A DNA stretch of 39,624 nt from Clostridia bacterium (GTDB taxonomy: Bacteria > Bacillota > Clostridia > Christensenellales > UBA1242): NCBI GenBank assembly GCA_045538225.1, contig JAZSQY010000005.1, forward strand, positions 1-39,624. The letters run 5' to 3'. Position 1 is the stretch's first letter; the number at the start of each line of letters is the position of its first letter. A model generated the notes under the pieces. The model worked only from the letters and a program-made list of their open reading frames with translations. It was not told the origin of the DNA and made no database searches. A program made the position numbers and the translations under genes. Below are positions 36,518-39,624 of the stretch, in pieces.

Positions 36518-38275
36518 CTACCTCGTTCCGATAGTCGACACATCACAGCAACTAACTTTATTTTTTAATTTAAAAGCACGTTCTAAACATACTTGAAAAT
36601 GCCTTAACAATTTTGAGGGCTTTTGGCGTAAAGGTTCTTTACTTAAAGTATTATGATATAAAAAATTTTCACCACATTGTAGTAATTTAGGTAAAGATAA
36701 TTCTGTTAAGGATTTATTCCATGCCATAAATCCATTCCCACACATTTGTAATCTCGGCAAGGTTAAAACTTCAATTTTCTCGTTGTGATGTAAAAAATCA
36801 TCACCGCAAATTTTTAAATTTGGGGCTTCAAATTTATTTAAAAAATTATATGAACCCAAAAAGTTATTACCACATTCACGTAACCTTGGAAAATTAACTT
36901 CGGTCAAATTTGGCGAAAAATATAAAAAATCATGACCACATTTTTGTAATTGCGGCATCTTAACAAATTTTAAATTGTTCGAGTAAAAAAAGCTGTCACC
37001 ACATACCAGCAAACTCGGGAGATTTATCTGCGTTAATACTTCATTACTATACATAAAAAAATCATAGCACCGACGCAGTTTTGGCATCTGAAGAATTTCG
37101 ATTGAATTGTTATAATACAAAAAACCAGATAAACATTCTTGCACTTCAGGTAAGTTTATTTCTTTTATGTATTGACTTTTTGCTAAGTATTGCTCCCCAC
37201 ATTGACGCAAGCTATCATCTTTAATTTTCTCAATCTGATTACGGCTATTGAAGGTAATCGTGACAACTCCGCCATCTTTTTTAGTAATTTTAATAACCCC
37301 ATTTTTTTCAATTTTAATAGATTGATTTTCTCCAAGAACGTCGATAAAACTATCATAATGACTATTGTCATACATTCTCACTTCTTTAGTTTTTAAATCA
37401 ATAATAAAGTAATCAAGCAAAAACTGATGCGTTGGTAAAGGTTTAACTTTATTACTATCAATAATGATATTGTTTGGACAGTAATAAACGTTATTAATAT
37501 TATAATTATATGGATAAAATTTACCATCACTTGCCATTACATATCCATCTAATTCAAAGTTGCATCTTTCAGTTTGCATTTTATCAGAAACTCCATAATC
37601 ACGTTCAAAAGCTACAGATAATCCAGGAGAAATATTATCAAGATTATTATTAAAAGTATTATCTGGATTGTAAACAGAATCATTATAGCGATTTTTAATA
37701 GAAAGCGTTGAATATTCGTTCTTTGTAAATTGAATACATAAAACACTTGTCCCGTATTTATCTTGTCTTTGTGGATTTGTAAAATCTTCACGTTTTAGTT
37801 TTTCAGCATCTTTATGAATCGCGAACCAAATTCGATTGCCCAATAGTCTCCCACCGTTAAACGTGCAAAGTTCTTCTCCGACATGATGCTCTGGAACTTC
37901 ACCTTCGTTGTATCTAAGTTTTTTCCCATCTGGTCTATAAAAATAATGGCGAAAGGATTGAATATCTTTTTCTGTTAAACATTCCGGGTAAAGATGATAA
38001 CCTTTTTCCGCTAAGATTTCTGCTGCTTTTTTATTTCTGTCTACATTACACTTTGTTTCTGTTAAATTAGCTTTGTTATATAAAAAATCTTTAAAAGATT
38101 GAATGTGACTTTGTAGGATAATATCCTCTGCCAAAAATTTTTGCTTAGCAAAATACTGATCTAACAACTTTGGTAACAATCCAGGAACTTCTAATAATTT
38201 ATAGAGTTCATCACGACAAAGTTTCATCATGCGCTCACCAAATCTATATTTAATTACATCTAAATCGTTTTTCAT
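36518..38275 (-). CDS. Paralogue 3 (585 aa): conserved N-terminal module plus about 9 Cys-Gly LRR-type repeats and a basic C-terminal tail
   Basis: Same module and repeats. Own TTGAAA-17-TATAAT promoter. Confidence 0.85.
   Translation of the reverse strand: MKNDLDVIKYRFGERMMKLCRDELYKLLEVPGLLPKLLDQYFAKQKFLAEDIILQSHIQSFKDFLYNKANLTETKCNVDRNKKAAEILAEKGYHLYPECLTEKDIQSFRHYFYRPDGKKLRYNEGEVPEHHVGEELCTFNGGRLLGNRIWFAIHKDAEKLKREDFTNPQRQDKYGTSVLCIQFTKNEYSTLSIKNRYNDSVYNPDNTFNNNLDNISPGLSVAFERDYGVSDKMQTERCNFELDGYVMASDGKFYPYNYNINNVYYCPNNIIIDSNKVKPLPTHQFLLDYFIIDLKTKEVRMYDNSHYDSFIDVLGENQSIKIEKNGVIKITKKDGGVVTITFNSRNQIEKIKDDSLRQCGEQYLAKSQYIKEINLPEVQECLSGFLYYNNSIEILQMPKLRRCYDFFMYSNEVLTQINLPSLLVCGDSFFYSNNLKFVKMPQLQKCGHDFLYFSPNLTEVNFPRLRECGNNFLGSYNFLNKFEAPNLKICGDDFLHHNEKIEVLTLPRLQMCGNGFMAWNKSLTELSLPKLLQCGENFLYHNTLSKEPLRQKPSKLLRHFQVCLERAFKLKNKVSCCDVSTIGTR
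36635..37225 (-). repeat. Coding array of about 9 x 22-aa LRR-type repeats in paralogue 3
   Basis: aa 351-547 parse into 22-residue units (one unit of 21). Confidence 0.75.
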
Positions 38276-38294
38276 AACTGCTAACCTTTATTAA

Positions 38295-38323
38295 ATTATA
38301 ACTTTACAAAAAATCAATTTCAA
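38295..38323 (-). promoter_or_regulatory. Putative promoter, TTGAAA-17-TATAAT, for LRR paralogue 3
   Basis: -35 at 38323-38318 and -10 at 38300-38295, then a 19-nt leader containing AAAGG before the ATG at 38275. Confidence 0.6.
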
Positions 38324-38341
38324 GAGCCATTCATAATATTA

Positions 38342-39624
38342 TTAAAAAATTTTATTTAGGTGATTTTTCAAACTCGACACTGCATGTTTAAAATCATTTT
38401 TCAAAACTGTAAGTTTAATCTTAAACGGAGAACAACCCTCATTCCTCCATTCTTTCATTACAACTTTTGAAACGTTAAGTTTTGTAATATTGGGATTCCA
38501 TCTCATAAAATATCTATCCAGTTTTTGTAACTTAGGTACATTAAATTCTTCCAATGAGTTTTGTTCAAACATAAAACGTTTTCCACATTCTTCCAAAGAA
38601 GGTAAATCTATTTTTTTTAACTGTGCGCTAAAATAAAAAAACATTTGACCACACTTTTTTAACTTAGGAGCTTGAAAGGTTTTTAATGATTTGTTCATAC
38701 TTAAAAAACGATCTGAACAAGATTCAAGTGAAGGTAAATTTAAATCCTCTATGGTTTCATTATTAAACAAAAAATAATCCCCACATTTTTTCAAATTTGG
38801 TAAATAAATACTTTTGATAGCCTTATTTTTAAACAAAAAAGAACTTCCAATTTTTTTCAAGTTCGGAAAGCTTGCCTCATTAAGTAACAAATTGTTATGC
38901 AAAAAACCCCATCCGCATTCTTGTAACAAAGAAACATCTATCTTATTAATCAAACTGGCACTCTTTAGAAAGTCATTTCCACATATTTGCAAATATGGAA
39001 AATTCGCTTCCATTAAGCAATTATTATTCTCTAAAAAGTTATCACCACAAATCTTTAAATTTGTTAAATTTAAATCAACCAAGACATTGTTTTTACACAT
39101 AAAGTTATGCCCGCACTCTTGCAAACTTTCATCTTCAAGACCGACAATTTCTCTTTTCTGATTTAATTTTAAAATTGCCACATTACCGTCTTGCTTGGTT
39201 ATTTTCAAGATACCGCCTTTTTCCGCAAGTATCTTTTGGTTAACTCCATACTCAAGCACAAAAGCATCACGTATCTTTTCATCATACAATTTAATCGTAT
39301 GTTGGTTACAATCAACAATATAATAATCAATCAGCATTTGATGGTTCGGTATTTTTATTACCTCTAACTCTTGGTTAATAATGATATTATTCGGGCAATA
39401 ATATATCTCTTTTATTTCATAATTGTATGGGTAATATTTTCCATCATTTGCTTGCACGTATCCGTCAATCTCAAGTGTCGGCCCACACTTTGCCATCTTA
39501 TCACGGACACCAAAATCTCTTTCGAAAGCATCGGTCAGTCCTTCAATAATATTATCTAAATTACTGTTAAATGTATTATCCCCACCAACGGCACGATGAT
39601 TATAACGACTCTTAATTAATAAGA
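38342..39624 (-). CDS. Paralogue 4 (partial; 5' end beyond the window): about 10 Cys-Gly LRR-type repeats
   Basis: The frame stays open upstream of the track's Met (39496) to the window edge. It reads ..LLIKSRYNHRAVGGDNTFNSNLDNIIEGLTDAFERDFGVRDKMAKCG.., which aligns with the middle of the N-terminal module of paralogues 1-3. Confidence 0.85.
   Translation of the reverse strand, partial: LLIKSRYNHRAVGGDNTFNSNLDNIIEGLTDAFERDFGVRDKMAKCGPTLEIDGYVQANDGKYYPYNYEIKEIYYCPNNIIINQELEVIKIPNHQMLIDYYIVDCNQHTIKLYDEKIRDAFVLEYGVNQKILAEKGGILKITKQDGNVAILKLNQKREIVGLEDESLQECGHNFMCKNNVLVDLNLTNLKICGDNFLENNNCLMEANFPYLQICGNDFLKSASLINKIDVSLLQECGWGFLHNNLLLNEASFPNLKKIGSSFLFKNKAIKSIYLPNLKKCGDYFLFNNETIEDLNLPSLESCSDRFLSMNKSLKTFQAPKLKKCGQMFFYFSAQLKKIDLPSLEECGKRFMFEQNSLEEFNVPKLQKLDRYFMRWNPNITKLNVSKVVMKEWRNEGCSPFKIKLTVLKNDFKHAVSSLKNHLNKIF
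38477..39142 (-). repeat. Coding array of about 10 x 22-aa LRR-type repeats in paralogue 4
   Basis: aa 119-340 of the track ORF parse into 22-residue units. Confidence 0.75.

Noticed and set aside
32527-39142. A 66-nt periodicity that could be mistaken for a CRISPR array or a DNA tandem repeat.
   Set aside because: The units are contiguous with no spacers, in frame, and diverged at the nucleotide level. They are conserved only as a protein pattern. No identical direct repeats were seen.
38814-39161. 115-aa antisense ORF with its own periodic sequence (..PHSCK..) inside LRR paralogue 4. There is a similar one at 32654-32929.
   Set aside because: The periodicity is just the mirror of the 66-nt coding repeat on the other strand. 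The sense frame is the one conserved among all four paralogues.
1-39624. Mollicutes-type genetic code (TGA = Trp), suggested by the low GC content.
   Set aside because: TGA terminates well-defined genes (U32 at 4826-4828, Nudix at 10286-10288, ftsQ at 19344-19346). Conserved Trp positions use TGG. Full-length family-typical proteins are obtained with the standard code.

Overview
This is an AT-rich, very gene-dense bacterial chromosomal segment. It uses the standard code: TGA terminates genes and TGG encodes conserved Trp. Gene order is Bacillota-like. I support 35 CDS, two of them cut by the window edges. One of those is a 786-codon ORF at 1-2358 (-) that is missing from the supplied ORF track. 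I recognised no rRNA, tRNA, IS element, prophage or CRISPR array.

Most of the window is housekeeping:
- An operon of U32 peptidase, HI0933-type flavoprotein and histidine phosphatase, plus a PHP phosphatase.
- A Nudix-RdgB-Nudix nucleotide-sanitation cluster.
- A two-gene Wzx plus Wzy/GT2-fusion glycan module.
- An Rrf2-IscS-IscU Fe-S operon, and comF.
- A rearranged division/cell-wall cluster: murE-mraY-murD, convergent murA, ftsQ, and a degenerate ftsA-like gene.
- yloV-asp23-rpmB-rpe, a ZIP transporter, rlmN-fmt and divergent def.

The clearly accessory and most interesting part is 32.5-39.6 kb. It holds at least four tandem same-strand paralogues, the last running off the window. Each has no signal peptide, a conserved N-terminal module of about 350 aa that I cannot assign to any family, and a C-terminal array of 22-residue Cys-Gly leucine-rich-type repeats. 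Repeat copy number varies (about 8, 18, 9 and 10).

A second window-wide observation concerns promoters. Many first genes of transcription units have a (TGn)TAnnnT -10 box only 5-8 nt upstream of the start codon and no Shine-Dalgarno. Internal operon genes carry clear GGAG-type sites. This suggests widespread leaderless mRNAs.

All product calls come from motif recognition by eye. No database search was run.
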